A stretch of DNA of 56,517 nt from a virus. Positions 55,288 through 56,517 of the stretch are shown in pieces; the first letter of the stretch is position 1, and each line of letters starts with the position of its first letter. The notes under the pieces are model-generated. The model was not told where the DNA came from, did not search any database, and saw only the letters and a program-made list of their open reading frames with translations. The stretch lies in IMG/VR virus record IMGVR_UViG_3300033150_002389, one strand, 5' to 3'. Made by a program: the position numbers and the translations under genes.

Positions 55288-55515
55288 CTACCTGTCACCG
55301 TCGCGCTTGCGGTCCCAACCCCACCCTTGTTGGGGCGACCGGGCGCTAAACGGATTCCCAGACGAATCCGGGGTAGGGTCCCACATGCGTCCCAGAGCTT
55401 TCTGGATCGGGAAGAAGGCCTCAGGCCCCATGCGCGAGATGATCTCCTCGCTCACAATGGCGACCTTCTTGCGTCTTCCCTCATGAATTTCGAAAAGCTC
55501 CAGGTCCGACATCAT
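55288..55515 (-). CDS. hypothetical small protein
   Basis: ORF track. Confidence 0.3.
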   Translation of the reverse strand: MMSDLELFEIHEGRRKKVAIVSEEIISRMGPEAFFPIQKALGRMWDPTPDSSGNPFSARSPQQGWGWDRKRDGDR

Positions 55516-55527
55516 CAGTGCCTCCCT

Positions 55528-56313
55528 TTAGAGCACGGCGTCCTCCGCCTCGTCGGGGACGAATTCAGGCTCATCGGGGTTGATTTCCCGGCTGAGGCGA
55601 AACACTGTCTCCTTCAGTCGTCTTACCTGCTCCTTCAGCTTCTCGTTCTCCTTCTCGAGGGCGAGCCTGATCTCCAGCTCCCTCTCGTAGCGCTCGCGCC
55701 AGTCTATCACTGGCTCATCGGGTTTTCTTTCCGCCCCCTGCCTGGTGGGGCTCTCGAAGATCCTGTTGACCTTCTTTTGCTCCTCATCTTCCTTGATTTT
55801 GGGCTGGACAAGGTCACTGCGGGATGGCTTCTTGAATATTGCTGAGTCTGCGTGCGTTATTGCGCGTCTGAGCTTGGGATCCGCGACGCCTTTCTGCCTC
55901 GCGTGCTTTAGCTTGGTAATTTTCACACTCAGGGCTTCGGCTATCAGCTCCGGCTTCATTCCGGCCTTTGTGCCGATCAGGTAGCATCTGGCGTAGTCAA
56001 CCTCTGACAGGTTCTGGCCGTGCGTGGAATTCCAGGCCATTGCCCAGAACAGGAGATCCTTATCATCCTCAAATTCGTAGAGCTCTGCTTTGATGGTATC
56101 GGATTTATTCCTGGTGCAGGCGGCGACGCGGTGAAATCCGTCCACCACCCGCATTGACCTGGCCTCCACCCTCACGGGAGGGAACTCGGCCCCCAGGCTG
56201 TAGGCCTCCTGATACTTCCTGGCGGTGCTGTCGCTTATCGTGTGCCGGGGGTAGATGTTGAAGTCCAGCACCAGCTCTGCGATGTTGACTTCTTTACTCT
56301 CCAGATGCTTCAT
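55528..56313 (-). CDS. ParB N-terminal domain (ParB/Srx-like) protein
   Basis: VVDGFHRVAA resembles the ParB DGxHR box; AAGGGAG SD. Confidence 0.55.
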   Translation of the reverse strand: MKHLESKEVNIAELVLDFNIYPRHTISDSTARKYQEAYSLGAEFPPVRVEARSMRVVDGFHRVAACTRNKSDTIKAELYEFEDDKDLLFWAMAWNSTHGQNLSEVDYARCYLIGTKAGMKPELIAEALSVKITKLKHARQKGVADPKLRRAITHADSAIFKKPSRSDLVQPKIKEDEEQKKVNRIFESPTRQGAERKPDEPVIDWRERYERELEIRLALEKENEKLKEQVRRLKETVFRLSREINPDEPEFVPDEAEDAVL

Positions 56314-56340
56314 GCTGTGTCGCTCCCTTGATCATAATAA

Positions 56341-56405
56341 GCTTGGCTTGGCTTGGCGCGGCCGGACCCGGCTCGGCCGGGCTCGGCATGGCCGGGCTAG
56401 GCGTG
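56341..56405. repeat. GC-rich degenerate direct repeats (GCTTGGC x3, GGCTCGGCCGGGCTCGGCATGGCCGGGCTAGGC)
   Basis: read directly; related to the 598-676 block. Confidence 0.5.
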
Positions 56406-56413
56406 TAAAAGCA

Positions 56414-56517
56414 TTACTTGCCCCCCTTCTTAACCGGGAACTCATACTTCGCAATCTCGTATCGCCCGAATCTCCCCGTCTTGCACTTCGGAGATCCGGG
56501 CCGGAAGTCCCCCACGC
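56414..56517 (-). CDS. C-terminal end of the junction-spanning hypothetical gene (stop TAA at 56416-56414)
   Basis: frame continues from window position 1 through 56447 and reads ...RYEIAKYEFPVKKGGK-stop. Confidence 0.5.
   Translation of the reverse strand, partial: VGDFRPGSPKCKTGRFGRYEIAKYEFPVKKGGK
56448..56517. repeat. terminal direct repeat, second copy (identical to 1-70)
   Basis: exact identity. Confidence 0.9.

Overview
The window reads as a complete temperate phage genome of about 56.4 kb with P22-like podovirus architecture. The first 70 nt are identical to the last 70 nt, so the contig is circular or terminally redundant. A plus-strand block (2688-42875) carries a Cro-like regulator, small early genes, terminase small and large subunits, portal, scaffold, an intron-split major capsid gene, two tandem paralogous 130-aa proteins, a glycan-modification cluster, virion and ejection proteins including a roughly 2990-aa polyvalent protein, and a beta-helix tailspike. 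A minus-strand block (43176-56517, continuing through 1-2671) carries a tyrosine integrase next to a tRNA 3'-end-like attP core, an SF2 helicase, a DHH phosphoesterase, SbcC and SbcD, a ParB-like protein, an NYN-domain protein, a HicB-like protein and an HTH repressor candidate. The most notable observations are: (1) a 248-nt ORF-less group I-like intron in the major capsid gene; (2) a cluster of three glycosyltransferases, two methyltransferases and a sulfotransferase-fold enzyme directly after the capsid genes; (3) a VRR-NUC-like nuclease frame with two in-frame TGA codons; (4) a +1-frame ORF embedded in the giant ejection-protein gene. All calls rest on reading the sequence and on motif recognition; no database search or folding program was run, and product names should be read as hypotheses.
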